A DNA stretch of 59,029 bases, counting the filler, from Trypethelium eluteriae (lineage: Eukaryota): the NCBI GenBank assembly GCA_051942245.1. It is 2 parts of 2 records of this genome, joined end to end, with 100 filler letters (N's around TTAATTAATTAA, not from the genome) between each part and the next. Parts side by side here need not be neighbours in the genome. Positions count along the whole stretch, not along the records: positions 1 to 29,568 come from JAVECL010000292.1; positions 29,669 to 59,029 come from JAVECL010000293.1. The stretch is one strand, 5' to 3'. The notes under the pieces are model-generated. The model saw nothing but the letters and a program-made list of their open reading frames with translations. It was not told where the DNA came from and did not search any database. This document shows positions 21,800 through 33,103 of this stretch, piece by piece. How positions within the stretch are numbered: position 1 is the first letter of the stretch; each line of letters begins with the position of its first letter. The translations under genes were made by a program, and so were the position numbers.

Positions 21800-24121
21800 A
21801 TGGACAATATCAGCCATCCAGGACGGAGATTGCTCTACGATTCTCTCGGAGATGATGAGTTCAGGCTTCTGTCTATTGACACTTCTCTCGGGCCACAACC
21901 GAGCGATTCAGAGCTAATAAGCTGTAGCTTGGCGACGTTCAAGCGATCCGAGTACACTGGAGCACTCGATGGGGAAAGGCAAGAAACAGCTCGCCTATGG
22001 CCAGGCTTTGAAAGGATAAATTATGATTACTCGAGTCTTTTCAGGCCAAAAAGACGTCTCAAAAATTATACTCGTCTCAGAAATTATGCGCAAACTCTAA
22101 GTCATCGTCAAATCATTCGCCCTCCGCAACTAAATGACCATGGCCTCAGATATGAATTAAAGAATCGCTACATCGCCTTGTCCTATGTATGGGGTCCTCC
22201 GAAGCCAGCAAAGGCTGTGATGGTCAACTCCTGTGAGGTCGAAGTCAGGGAAAACCTTTATACAGCTCTTCTCGAGTTACGACGTTCTGATTGGGTTCGA
22301 CAGGGTATTAAAATATGGATAGATACCCTGTGTATCAACCAAGAAGACCTTGATGAGGCAGCAAGACAAGTTCGGTCGATGCGGGATATCTACATGAATG
22401 CTTGGCAGGTAGTCGCATGGTTGGGTCCCCCTCTTCCATCCACTGAAGTAGCTTATGCTGCTGTGCTCTGGCTGGCGCGGCATATGGAGACGGGGGATAG
22501 GTTCAAAGATTTTGTCCAACTCTACAAGGGCTTCCTGACAAACTTCAATATGTGGTCAATCCGAACTGATCCCTATTTATTATGGCGCCCAGAGGTTTTC
22601 TCTGCTCTGCGATCTTTTTTTGCAAACACATATTGGCAACGTCTGTGGATCCTCCAAGAACTTGGCATGGCAAGGATAGATGCGCCTATTCTCTGTGGAA
22701 GGCATTGCGCATCATTACAGGATATCTTCACAGCAGCAAAATTGATTAGTATTTGTGAAAGAGAAGTTGGATCACACATATCGACCGTCTCTGGTCTATT
22801 TGGCCAACGACAAGATATGGTTGCCAGTAAAGACCGACAATTTGGAGATGACGTATCAACGCCCGCTCGACAATGGGGACGCATCTTGCAAATTATGAAA
22901 ATGCGAGAGCAGAAGTACTTTGCTACTGCCAGGGAACACCAAGCAGCTGCTCTCCCAGCCTTCGAGCTGGCGCGCAGTGCCAATACTACCGACGAGCGCG
23001 ATAAAGTATTTGGGATACTCGGAATATTCTGCATCTCTCAAATCGCTAGCATCACTCCAGATTATGGCCTTGGTCTCTCGGAAACCTTTATTGCCTTTAC
23101 GAGGGACCTAATTCACAACAACGATCTGACCATTCTACGACTGGTGCACCATGCTGTTGGAGATGTCACATTGAAATGGAAAAGATTTGCACCTCCCCGT
23201 GAATTTATCCCTGGGAAAATGCCGCTTGGGCCCAACTGGTCAGTCCCTCAATTCCCTAGAGGCCGTCGAGAAGTCACACCGCCGTGTTCTCACCAATTAC
23301 CATCGTGGGTTATCTGTTGGGTTTGTTCGCCTGCGCCTTTAGTGCTTCTGCCAAGTCAGTATCACGCTGATCACGGGCTCGATAATCTCCAAAGTAGTCG
23401 AACTGGACAAGGGGCAACAATCTTACGGGTAGTTGGTGTACTCACCGATCACATTGCCACGCTCTCAGCTTTTAACGACTCAGAAGCAGACCCAGCCTAT
23501 CCATGGAATTGTGACGATGCGAGGAATCTACCCAACTCGTATGGTGACCTCTCAGGATTACAAGAAGCTCTTTGGCGTACCATTGTGGGCAACAGCACAA
23601 GTAGCGGCGAGCAACCGGCCTCAGCGAGCTGGGCTGCACTCTTGGGCTCCCACCTCTGGAATCCTCGGGGTTTTAATTCGCCGCGCTCTCTTGGGCTTGG
23701 CTTTGGACTGGGCGCTTTTATGGCACGTAACAAATACCTCGTACTCGGTGGATATCGGCTATCTGAGTTAATTCCAATAAGTGCCACATACTTACTGATA
23801 CACGGAGGACTGATACACGGAGGCCGAGGTCCATCAAATCAAAGTACCAGCGAGGCTCGCTTCTGGGCTAGCAATGTTCTTGCTTGGAGGAGATTAGTGG
23901 GTACGCAGAATGGAAGAGTTGGCCTGGCCGTTGCTGCTGTGAAAGAGGGCGACGCGATATTTGTTCTCAAAGGCTGTGGCATGCCGATGGTGCTGAGGCC
24001 CACCATCAGCGGGCGTTGGACCCTTGTCGGAGAGTGTTATGTACACGGGATCATGAACGGCGAGGTTCTGGAAGACTTGGAAAGAGGGAGGGCAAGGACC
24101 ATGAACATAGAGATTGAGTGA
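21800..24121 (+). CDS. HET-domain (heterokaryon incompatibility, HET-6-like) protein
   Basis: First ATG is 21800; the ORF-track start is a TTG. Motifs: LYDSL...EFRLL, YIALSYVWG, VRENLYTALLELR, IWIDTLCINQED...QVRSMRDIYMNA.QVVAWLG, YWQRLWILQE, TDERDKVFGILG, LPSWV, and C-terminal GDAIFVLKGC.MPMVLR...WTLVGECYVHGIMNGE. Confidence 0.92.
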   Translation: MDNISHPGRRLLYDSLGDDEFRLLSIDTSLGPQPSDSELISCSLATFKRSEYTGALDGERQETARLWPGFERINYDYSSLFRPKRRLKNYTRLRNYAQTLSHRQIIRPPQLNDHGLRYELKNRYIALSYVWGPPKPAKAVMVNSCEVEVRENLYTALLELRRSDWVRQGIKIWIDTLCINQEDLDEAARQVRSMRDIYMNAWQVVAWLGPPLPSTEVAYAAVLWLARHMETGDRFKDFVQLYKGFLTNFNMWSIRTDPYLLWRPEVFSALRSFFANTYWQRLWILQELGMARIDAPILCGRHCASLQDIFTAAKLISICEREVGSHISTVSGLFGQRQDMVASKDRQFGDDVSTPARQWGRILQIMKMREQKYFATAREHQAAALPAFELARSANTTDERDKVFGILGIFCISQIASITPDYGLGLSETFIAFTRDLIHNNDLTILRLVHHAVGDVTLKWKRFAPPREFIPGKMPLGPNWSVPQFPRGRREVTPPCSHQLPSWVICWVCSPAPLVLLPSQYHADHGLDNLQSSRTGQGATILRVVGVLTDHIATLSAFNDSEADPAYPWNCDDARNLPNSYGDLSGLQEALWRTIVGNSTSSGEQPASASWAALLGSHLWNPRGFNSPRSLGLGFGLGAFMARNKYLVLGGYRLSELIPISATYLLIHGGLIHGGRGPSNQSTSEARFWASNVLAWRRLVGTQNGRVGLAVAAVKEGDAIFVLKGCGMPMVLRPTISGRWTLVGECYVHGIMNGEVLEDLERGRARTMNIEIE
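23794..23823 (+). repeat. Exact 15-bp tandem duplication inside the HET gene (LIHGG x2)
   Basis: ACTGATACACGGAGG occurs twice in tandem and preserves the frame. Confidence 0.9.
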
Positions 24122-24800
24122 AGTTTGATAGCGCCTAAATAGTTCATTGAATTGACCATCTAGGTCCTGACTGTCGTAGTAGGGGGCGAGCCTGCCAAGG
24201 AACGATTATTTGGGAGAGCTTTTACATCTAGCATACTTCCTATCGAAGTCTTCGGTCATCACCATCGACTGTCCAGATTCGAACAAGGCGACACGACGGG
24301 TCTATCAGCGCGGCAGATAGCAGTACGATCGTGTTTCGGTGCAATTACATTGTAGCCAAAACTTCTATAGTTCTATCTTGGCCATGAAGGCTTACTCTAT
24401 TTGGTCTCTGACATTGAGGGAGTGAAACCCCTGCACCTACCACTACACCCAATTTTGCCACCACGTCGGCGGTGAGGCTGAGTCAATGGTAACAACAATC
24501 GTCAATTCCGAAGACGAGACACCTATGTTTAGCCTCAGGTTCGACAAGTATCACCAGTACGTAGGACGTTCATGGCTTCCAGCATCCTCGCATCATCAGG
24601 TGATGGACCTGGCTCTATCGACGAACAGATTTCAATCATTCCCGACCTTCTTCAGCCTAGCCCTGCTTTGCATGCAGGCAGCTCTCCGCGCAGGCCCCCA
24701 ATCGGTTGGGGGACCTGGTATCCTGGCCGGTTCCAGGTTTGTTACCCTCCACGAGTACAGCATTGAAGTAAGTTCGACAACAAAGGCGTTGATTCTTCCC

Positions 24801-25921
24801 TCAGAAATTTTGATCAATCGTTTGCCAGATGTTCTCTTCATAGCGCTGGAGAGGGCCCTTCCCATACTCCTTCAGAAACTTGGGGCGGATAGCTGTTTCC
24901 CAGTCCAATCGAACCCCACCGTCCTCTTCTCCGAGTATGCGGTCAAGCATTGCCTGTGCTTCCCTGAAATGGGTTTGTGCCGATACTTCAGCCACTCGCA
25001 CATCTCTCGCTCGAAGAAAGAATTTGTCAAGTGGGCTGCACCCAAATCTAGATGGCCTGGATATTCCAATCCTTTTCTTAGTCGCATCAAAACAAAATGT
25101 GTCCGGTACAAGTGGTGGGAACTGGCAATCGCTCTTTGGCCGCGATGTAGGTGACTTCCATTCCACGCTCGAGAGCTCATCCAAAAACTTCGCGAGGGAA
25201 CTCTTCACATGGTTAATATCAGATCCGGGGCACTCAGCCACTGAGATTCGGAGGATCAACAGGGTGATCTCTGACGGGATTCGACATATCCACTTCTCTT
25301 CTATCTTGAGAAATACGTCCAAATCCTCGTCTGTTATACTGTCAGCACTCATTCTATTCGATACTAAGTTCTCAAACACGACGTACCAGATAGCTGAATC
25401 TCCCCGAACAAGTCCAAACCAGTGTGGTCTCTTGGCCGAAGCTTAGTCTCAATTTGCTGGGAATATTGCGCGATACGTTCTGAAAATGGCCTCTCATTGC
25501 CGCCTATGTTACTGGCAGCCTTTCCATCAGCCCAACGAGCAAAAGTCTTGAACAGAAGTATATGCTGATTGATTGTATGCTTTAGGATCGTCCATAGACG
25601 GAGCGCTGGCTCGTTTCCGGCCGTGGTGATCGTTTCCGGCATGCGTCGAATCGCCTTTACAGCATCATCGATATTCTTTGCAAATTGCGACATACATATT
25701 TCAATCTTTTCAATAACACCTTCTATCGAGTTTGCGTCTGTCGTGCCGGTTTCTCTTACACGAGAGCCTTCAGCTCAGGTGTCGCAGTCGGAGATGAGAC
25801 TATCCGGGTTGAAAAAGTCGATAATACACAATGTAGGATAGTCCCACTTGTCTTGTAGGCTCCAGTAAACCGCCGAAGGTACCTCTTTCGTTGTAGTCGC
25901 TCCAATCGGGGATGTCTTCAT
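24801..25921 (-). pseudogene. Probable disrupted gene of unknown function
   Basis: ATG 25921 opens MKTSPIG...ISDCDT, interrupted by an in-frame TGA (25777-25775). The same frame continues into the 25693-25364 ORF, then an overlapping frame carries the 25379-24801 ORF with no clean intron between them. No family recognised. Confidence 0.4.
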
Positions 25922-26175
25922 GTCAGAGTCTCACTCCTGGTGGTGTGAATTTTTGTGCTTGAATTACCTGACCTTGTAGGCGGAGGGCTTCTACGGCACA
26001 GATTGGTAGAGAAAAACATCTGTTTAGATTGAGGGAGAGTTTTATTTACATAACTTGCAAAAGAAATAGAACGCCTGATGGGAAGAGGACCGCAAGCCTC
26101 AAAGAAAGCTGTTGTAACAAAGGAATGTGACAATGTTTGTCTACCCTCCTACCTAAGACATGCGCGGGTTGTTAC

Positions 26176-26928
26176 TCATTCTCCAAAGAGAGCTTCAGTG
26201 AGCCAGACTTGTGCTGAAAGAACAAACGGAGTCGCTCGCTCTTCGAGCTCAAACTGTCCGTCTTGGGTGTGCTCTTTGATGCGGGCATACGTAATTTTAT
26301 TCTCGTAGCCTGCCAGTTCTTGGATACGAGAGTCACGCATTTGCTCCGTTGTGATTCCAACGTACTCGCCGGTATCTGGGACATGGTCTTCTTCTGTCAC
26401 GTCTGGCCCAGCAATAATCCAAAAGCCCTCATGGGAAGGTGGCCCAAGGGACCTCACGACGATAAATGAATTGGTGTCAGGCCAGACATTTTCACCTTGG
26501 TACCTGGTCACCAAATCGCCTATCTTGAAACACCGCGAGAGAATCACACTGTGATCGCTGTGACTATCTGCTGTTTCACGAGAGTGATTCGGTTGACCAT
26601 CGCATAGAGGTGGTGGCTTGCCAAGATGGTGGAGAGACATCGACTTCGGTGCATGATAATGCCGGCCTGGAACCTCAGGTATCGTCCATACCCTCACATG
26701 ATCTCGGTCGCACCGGAGATTGCGGAGAAGAAAACTGTCGTCAAAGATAGCGAGTCCGTACTCGACTCCGTTTCGAAATCCAAGGCTGTATGTAATTGGG
26801 GCCTGGGCCCGCTCCCAGCAATAGTCTTGGATATCACGCTCCGCTTGTGCGATATGAAAGCTGCCTGCGAGGCCTCTGAGGACTTGTGAAGCGGTGTTCG
26901 TTGGTGCAATATTGGGTTGTTGTGCCAT
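26176..26928 (-). CDS. Hypothetical protein (250 aa)
   Basis: ATG-initiated, stop-free 250-codon ORF with globular-looking composition. No recognisable motif. Confidence 0.5.
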   Translation of the reverse strand: MAQQPNIAPTNTASQVLRGLAGSFHIAQAERDIQDYCWERAQAPITYSLGFRNGVEYGLAIFDDSFLLRNLRCDRDHVRVWTIPEVPGRHYHAPKSMSLHHLGKPPPLCDGQPNHSRETADSHSDHSVILSRCFKIGDLVTRYQGENVWPDTNSFIVVRSLGPPSHEGFWIIAGPDVTEEDHVPDTGEYVGITTEQMRDSRIQELAGYENKITYARIKEHTQDGQFELEERATPFVLSAQVWLTEALFGE

Positions 26929-27331
26929 AGTTTCGATATGTTATACAGAACTCGGTGTAGCGATCACCTGCTGAAAATATGGGCTACAATGCGGGATGAG
27001 AAGATATGACGAGCAACCAGACTTGATCGAGTGTCTTCTCAAGTGGCAATGCTAAGCTGCTGCGAGACAAAGGTGTGAGCTGAATTGACGCGGCGTATCG
27101 CCACTTCTAGTCGACGTGAGGTTGATGGAAAAATGGGGTAGTACGTACAAGTGGGCCTGAGTGGCGTTGTCGAGGGTTTATATAGAAATTGGTGGTATAA
27201 CGGGTCAGGCGCACCTGACAAAGGCTCTTTGTACTGTAGATCTTCGACGATGACTCGGGCAGAGGTCACGCAGTTGAAAGGATTGCATTTTCACATTCCT
27301 TCCCGTACTTGGTTTGTTCTATCCGCATGCG

Positions 27332-27361
27332 TCTGGAGTACTCTGGAGTACTCTGGAGTAC
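27332..27361. repeat. Minisatellite (TCTGGAGTAC)x3
   Basis: Three exact 10-bp units; the junctions create GAGTACTC palindromes. Confidence 0.85.
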
Positions 27362-28966
27362 TGTGCACGGTCGTGGCTTGTAGTAGTCCTTCTCTTTGAG
27401 AATCAACCTGAACCCATCCAAACTAGGTGTAGCGCAGCTGAGGTTTCCTACATCCAGCGCCAAATCTAGATACCTACAATAATCAAGTTCCAAACACAAG
27501 ATATCCATCTGATAGGTTCAACATGTTTTTACCCATCGACTGTACGTGAAGTGCAGGCTCTTCAAATAACTCGGATGATGGTGAAGGGACTTTGAGGTCC
27601 AGCCGAACCGACCTGGAGCCGAGGGCATGCAAAGATATCTTTCTCTGTGCTTGGTGTTGGAATTCAGGTGCAGTGAGGTAATTCTGAAGCTATCGACGAA
27701 GTAGCTCTGCCTCTGGATGAGGGTTTCATGTGCGGTGTGACAGGCGCGCTAGGCCTATCGTAGCGTAGCTTGGAGGGATACTCTACAGGTTGATCTTCGG
27801 CCGAATCCAGTCAGAGACAAGCGTGACAACTCATACAAATCGAGCCCGATAACATGGAGTTTGATCAAGTCGAGAATGACTGCGGCCTGGAGGATTTAAA
27901 TGACGACTTTTCGATATATATAAGCCTTGATATCAAATGGATAGAGAGATACTCTAATAGCATAGCGGATCGATGGCGCTTAGACACTGCTGGAAGGATT
28001 ATCAAGGACACAATACCTTATCGGACTCAGGAGAAATCACGGGTACGCTTGATTTCTACCCTATTATTAAATGTATCATGCTAAACGGTCCTGCGTGGAG
28101 AGCCAATAGTTCATTCGAGACCAACTTCTTGACATTTATACAGCAGAGGTAATGATAGAGCAGGATAGAATACTCTACACCATCTTCCTGCGTCCGATGT
28201 CTATACAGTCCTTTCAATAGATCCTTTTAGATGTATCTAGGAGATTTGCCCAAAAGATTGAGCAAGCCAAAAACCGAAGGAGTTACTCCACAATCCTCCA
28301 GGGTTCCTCCTTATATAGCAATTATCATCATCCTGTATAAGAATCACGTTAATGCAAGTCGTAGGCATGAGACGCAGGAAGTTTGTGTAGATTTAGCCTC
28401 AGGGTTGACACGTCCTCCCTCATGACAATGCAACCAACGAAGCGCATATTGGAACTTTCTAGTGATGTCGTATTTTTAAGCGGCCGCTTGTCATCATTTC
28501 GCGCAAACCTCCCTCGTCCTCCGAAACGTATGAAAGCATCTCGTGTTGGTGGCTATGATGAAGAGATAGCGTAGATAGCTTGAGACCGATGTTCTGCAGT
28601 AGTTTACCCCAAGAGGTCGACTAGACGGAAGTCACGTCGAGAAGATCGCAAAGACATCGATGTGTTCACCTTACTCTTGATGCAGGAAATGTCGGGAGGC
28701 CTGCCTCTACTGAGTTCATTGAGTCCAAACTGATCTGGAACTAGAAGGAGGTCGTAGAGGAACATGGGTATTTAGAAATGTCTTAATCAGCTTATGACAC
28801 CGTTGGTTTGGTCAAAGAATCAATCGACTTATCTCCGTGCTTCGTACTTCTGTGATGAAAGTCGGCCAGTTCTCCTAGCCAAAGTCAAAGTACACTGTAA
28901 GGTTTGAAGCTCCTCCAAAACGCCCAGGTATGCAATGCCTCAGGACTGCCTTCCCAGCCCTCTAGT

Positions 28967-29568
28967 TCACTCATCCGCTCCGTTCGCCGTGTCGTGTGCG
29001 AAGGTCAAAGGTACAGTCCACCTCGCCCCGAATTCTACCCTCTGCCTTTCCTGCCCAAACTCTGCTAGCTGTCCCACGGTCCATGGATCCAGACCCTCCG
29101 TGTTCAAGAGATCCTCCAAGGCTCCAGCAGCCGCCCTCTTCGACGCCCGCTTCCACACGCTATCCAGCCCGACGTCGACCACACTCAGTCTCCAATCAGC
29201 CCCCTCTCCCGCCCTCATTGCATGCAGTAACCCCACCAGCGGCGCCCCGAGCGCAACGACGAACCTTGGTCTCAGCAGCAACGGCTCCCCTTCATGGATA
29301 CGGATCTCACCCGTCCCAGCATGAAGCCCACACGGCACCTCGACCGCCAAACACTCCGCCCGGCTGCGATTCGCCCACGCCACCATCCCCAACGCCTCAT
29401 CCCTGACCCGCTCATCCTCCTCCAGCTCCGCCCATCCGCCCCTCCCAACAATCGCATCCACAATCAACTCCGGCGGAGCATCCAGCCGCTTGAGCCGGCG
29501 CTCCAGCTCCGCCCAGCCGTACACCCGGGCCCCCAGCCCCTGGAAAATATCCATCTCCCTCCGAAACC
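28967..29568 (-). CDS. EDC3: 3' part of enhancer of mRNA decapping Edc3 (YjeF_N domain), truncated by the contig end
   Basis: PELIVDAIVG...WANRSRAECLAVEVPCGLHAGTGE...LRPRFVVALGAP..GL...LSVVDVGL is the YjeF_N C-terminal domain pattern of fungal Edc3. The frame is open up to the N-run. Confidence 0.75.
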
Positions 29569-29668
29569 NNNNNNNNNNNNNNNNNNNNNNNNNNNNNNNN
29601 NNNNNNNNNNNNTTAATTAATTAANNNNNNNNNNNNNNNNNNNNNNNNNNNNNNNNNNNNNNNNNNNN
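29569..29668. other. Artificial contig-joining spacer N44-TTAATTAATTAA-N44
   Basis: Exactly 100 nt and symmetric; the 12-mer places stop codons in all six frames. Confidence 0.95.
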
Positions 29669-29826
29669 AATTAACTAGTAAAATGAGGACCTACGTAGTA
29701 GGTTCGAGAATCTCGCGCATTGACCCTCGTGTAGAGCATAGCGAGATTACGCGGTAGGCTAGGTTGATTGGATCAACTTCATGAAGAACATCATGAACAT
29801 CATCAAAACGCGGCCGAGATCACGAT

Positions 29827-31293
29827 TTGGTGGAAAGTATTGTAAACTACGAGCCATCTATCAAAAGATCTATATATCTCATGGAGACCACTGGCGAGCC
29901 TTGTGGTTTTTTAGGCTATCAGGAAATTGTTTGGGAAAAAGAAGCTCACATTCCGCTTAGAATACCTCCAGAGCCCGAATCATCACAGCCGCGTCTTCAT
30001 TGGAATTCGTTCCTCAGCAAGCCAGATTTTGACATTTTGAAGCAGTGCGCCAAAAGCCACACAGGCAAGCTTGGTACAGAAGAGCTCATTCTTGGTTGGC
30101 AGATGGGTGCCAGGTCCCATCAGTTTTCTAATGTGAGCTTCCGCCCGATCTTGGTATCAGACTCAGTCGCGGCCTATCAAAGTATACATGCAGAAAATAA
30201 GTGCAACATAAAACTCCCAATCAATTACATCCAATCAATTCTGGACTTAGAGTCACATCGCCCTTTGGCCGTGCTTGAGCATTTTTGGAGAATGGTTTTC
30301 GACGAATACGGGTATGCCAAACATTATTTCGAATCCCTAATGGCTCTTAGCAGAACGTCTACGCTGTACAGCACTATGGCCGAGGCTGATGTCCGGCTAG
30401 AGGTTGTCAAAAAATGTCTCGCTCAGACAAAATGGGTAAGATTTTTCAAAAGAGGCAATGTGTCTTCCCGCCAGCACTTTACTGCACCTCGCCTCAAGAG
30501 ATCGGTCGATTTTGCATGCATATCGCTGTTTGATACTGGGAACGTAGATCTTGACCCTACCGATTTCGATGATGTTCTTGCTCTATCTTCACCAGGTTCT
30601 CTGTACGTTTCCGAAATGCTCTTGAACGATCCAGGCCAGCCCGATGACTCCAAGATTCGTTGTCTTATTGGGAACATAGGCCGTCCGAGCCTGGCATTGC
30701 TGCGGTCACCATTGGGTCCGATGTTTAGCGAAGCAGAAATCGAGTCGTGGCATCTAGTGAACCACAATGAATTCGACGAGCGTTTAGAAGACAACTTCCG
30801 CTCAACATCTCTACAACTTACGCTCACGGGAAGTGAGATTCCAATCGACCTCAGCAGGCAGGCTTTCCGGGACTCAGAGGTATTCTACGTTGAAGCCAAG
30901 ATATCCGCACACGACCATGGTAAATGGATTGGCGATATCAACATTTTGAGCGTGAACGAGAGTGGCGCAGGTCAGGATCATACATTGTCCGAATGGTTAT
31001 TACCGAGAATCATTTCCCATCCCTACAACCATGCTCATGACCAGAAGCAGAATTTCAAATCATTTGGTCCTATGGTGTCCATTAACAGTTGGTGGGAATA
31101 TCTCGACGCTCCACAAAGCCCCTCTATTGTTCGGGCAAAAGGGAACTACATCGCTCGCCTTGCAATTGCCGCTGCCCAGCGTCAGAAAGGAAAAAATACG
31201 ATTCTTGCTAAGAATGCCGTCTGCTGGGCTTGCGTATCGGATCTTGCTAATAGAATGAAATTCGACAAAGAGAGTACTATGATTATATGCTGA
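29827..31293 (+). CDS. Uncharacterised fungal protein, probably the C-terminal part of a larger 5'-truncated or decayed gene
   Basis: 488-codon ORF starting at a TTG close to the contig edge. It has conserved-looking blocks FACISLFDTGNVDLDP, LALSSPGSLYV...LLNDP, IGNIGRPSLALL, WHLVNHNEFD...EDNF.STSLQL, GKWIGDINIL, SWWEYLDAP...VRAKGN..ARLA and CWAC. Confidence 0.7.
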   Translation: MVESIVNYEPSIKRSIYLMETTGEPCGFLGYQEIVWEKEAHIPLRIPPEPESSQPRLHWNSFLSKPDFDILKQCAKSHTGKLGTEELILGWQMGARSHQFSNVSFRPILVSDSVAAYQSIHAENKCNIKLPINYIQSILDLESHRPLAVLEHFWRMVFDEYGYAKHYFESLMALSRTSTLYSTMAEADVRLEVVKKCLAQTKWVRFFKRGNVSSRQHFTAPRLKRSVDFACISLFDTGNVDLDPTDFDDVLALSSPGSLYVSEMLLNDPGQPDDSKIRCLIGNIGRPSLALLRSPLGPMFSEAEIESWHLVNHNEFDERLEDNFRSTSLQLTLTGSEIPIDLSRQAFRDSEVFYVEAKISAHDHGKWIGDINILSVNESGAGQDHTLSEWLLPRIISHPYNHAHDQKQNFKSFGPMVSINSWWEYLDAPQSPSIVRAKGNYIARLAIAAAQRQKGKNTILAKNAVCWACVSDLANRMKFDKESTMIIC

Positions 31294-33103
31294 AAATCTG
31301 CAATACAGTGTTCGTACTAGGCTAGATGCTCGTTGGTCTGGACGTAATAGGCTGAATCCTTAGTAGATTTGGATCGTTGTTTCTGGCAAGATTGTTGGTT
31401 TGGGTCCTTGCTCGATTTGAGACTGGCCAGATAGTTTGCGTGATGAGCACAAGTTGTTGATATTCCAAGTCGTATCAGATAGGAAAACAGCATACTTTAT
31501 ATGCCAATACAGTTGTGATCTAAACTTGAAGCCAGAACCTAGGTATCAACTACTCTAAGTGTATCTTGTCTTCAAGCAGTTAAGCCCTAGGCGAGCATGA
31601 GCAGCATCGAAGCCCACATGAAGTGGATCACTCTCACCAGACCGGGGAGAGAAGTCGAGAAACAACATGTGACGGACACTCACAAATTCATCTCCATCTG
31701 TACCATCACTGCCAGCGTTGCATCCAAGGCTTGAATTATCCTTTGACGAGAAATTTTCAGCGATCTCGTGGAGAATGGACACGTCCGTTGGCGAGATAGG
31801 TATGCTTATTTTAGATTGGAGACGATGGAAATTGTCGATCTTCAGTATCAATCCGTATATTTGGATCTCGTCGTGAGCTCAGAACGACAAGGACAATGCC
31901 TAGCTCTCTACTCAAGCTCTGGTCTGACCTATCATCCTTCTCTCTACTCACAGTACTTCCACAACAAGATATCGGCGGTGCTTGACGTCTCAACCCAAAT
32001 AGCATCAAAGTTGAAGCCGTAGCTCTCTCTTAAAGGTACTGGAGATACAAGTCTGCTAAGGAGCATTGCTAGAGAGGTTACGGTTAGCTTTGCGGAAATG
32101 CGAGAGGAAAGAATAACCGGTTTCACGGCATCACCGCAGAGTCCAGATTCGTAGCCATGCCATCCTTGGTAACGCGCCGCACAACCCGAAATACACACTA
32201 GCTATTGCTCTATTGTGCATTTTCGGTGATTCCGATGGAATGGGGAGGAGCGGCTTAAGGCGGGCTGTCTACAGTGGCATTCATGCACGCCGTTGGCTAA
32301 AATACACCAAAGTACAGCTTAGCACTCGCAACCATTTACGTTCGCCACTAGCTTTGATCCTAAAGCCCCTCCTTGTCTGCAAGGAGCACTATCGTATGCC
32401 CTGCATCTTTGTTAAGGTTGTTGAGGTACTTTGCAGACACCGATGGGTATCAAGACAAGACACAGAAGATGTAGAGTACCCGGTGGTGATTCTATTGCGA
32501 GGCACTCGAATGAAGAAGACTTGGCATGCCGATGATTAATGAACATTTGGAGTAGAGTCGAGCATGGTTGCAAATCTGTGGGGTTCCGTGGCTAGAGAGT
32601 AGTGAAGACTGGTCACTAAAGTTAGAGGAAGCGATGAAGGATCGGAGCGCAAAATAGCTTGCGGAAAAAATGACAGATATATAGGTAAGCATTGATTGGT
32701 GCACACGCTAAAGGGCCCACACACGAGTGAGTGTAGAGCAACGAGTACCCGTCAATGTGCTTCATCTATCAAGATCCTTGGTATAAGATACATTCGTAGT
32801 CGAAAATCCAGAGTCCTCGTCCAAGTCAAGTCCTGCGAAGCTTCATGTAGCGGGGAACAAGCTCTGTCCAGAGCTCCAGGAGCAATTCAATTCCGCTCGG
32901 ACATTTGATCTATTTTTGCCAATGACCTTATCTCCATTATGGACAAAATTGATGCAGCTGAAATTTACCCTCGGCGTCCAAATTGCAGAGCTTGATGAAT
33001 ACCAAGCGAAGCATCCGTAAATGCTGGACTGAAGTCTTATTAATGTTTTCCTTGGCTCGAGGTCGTATGATATGCCATGACTCTCCTCCTCTATAATGTG
33101 CAA

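Noticed and set aside
24486..25446. Plus-strand ORFs of 222 and 188 aa
   Set aside because: No motifs. The minus-strand frames look more protein-like, although the coding strand is not proven.
27332..27361. CRISPR-like or regulatory array
   Set aside because: Three adjacent 10-mers without spacers in a eukaryote; a simple minisatellite.
18037..29568. LSM3 and EDC3 as an mRNA-decay gene cluster
   Set aside because: They are 10 kb apart with unrelated genes between them; chance proximity is sufficient.
29613..29624. TTAATTAATTAA as a biological motif
   Set aside because: It is centred in symmetric N-runs, so it is an assembly linker.
31300..33100. Short ORFs between the unknown gene and the P450
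   Set aside because: No consistent frame, splice pattern or motif found.
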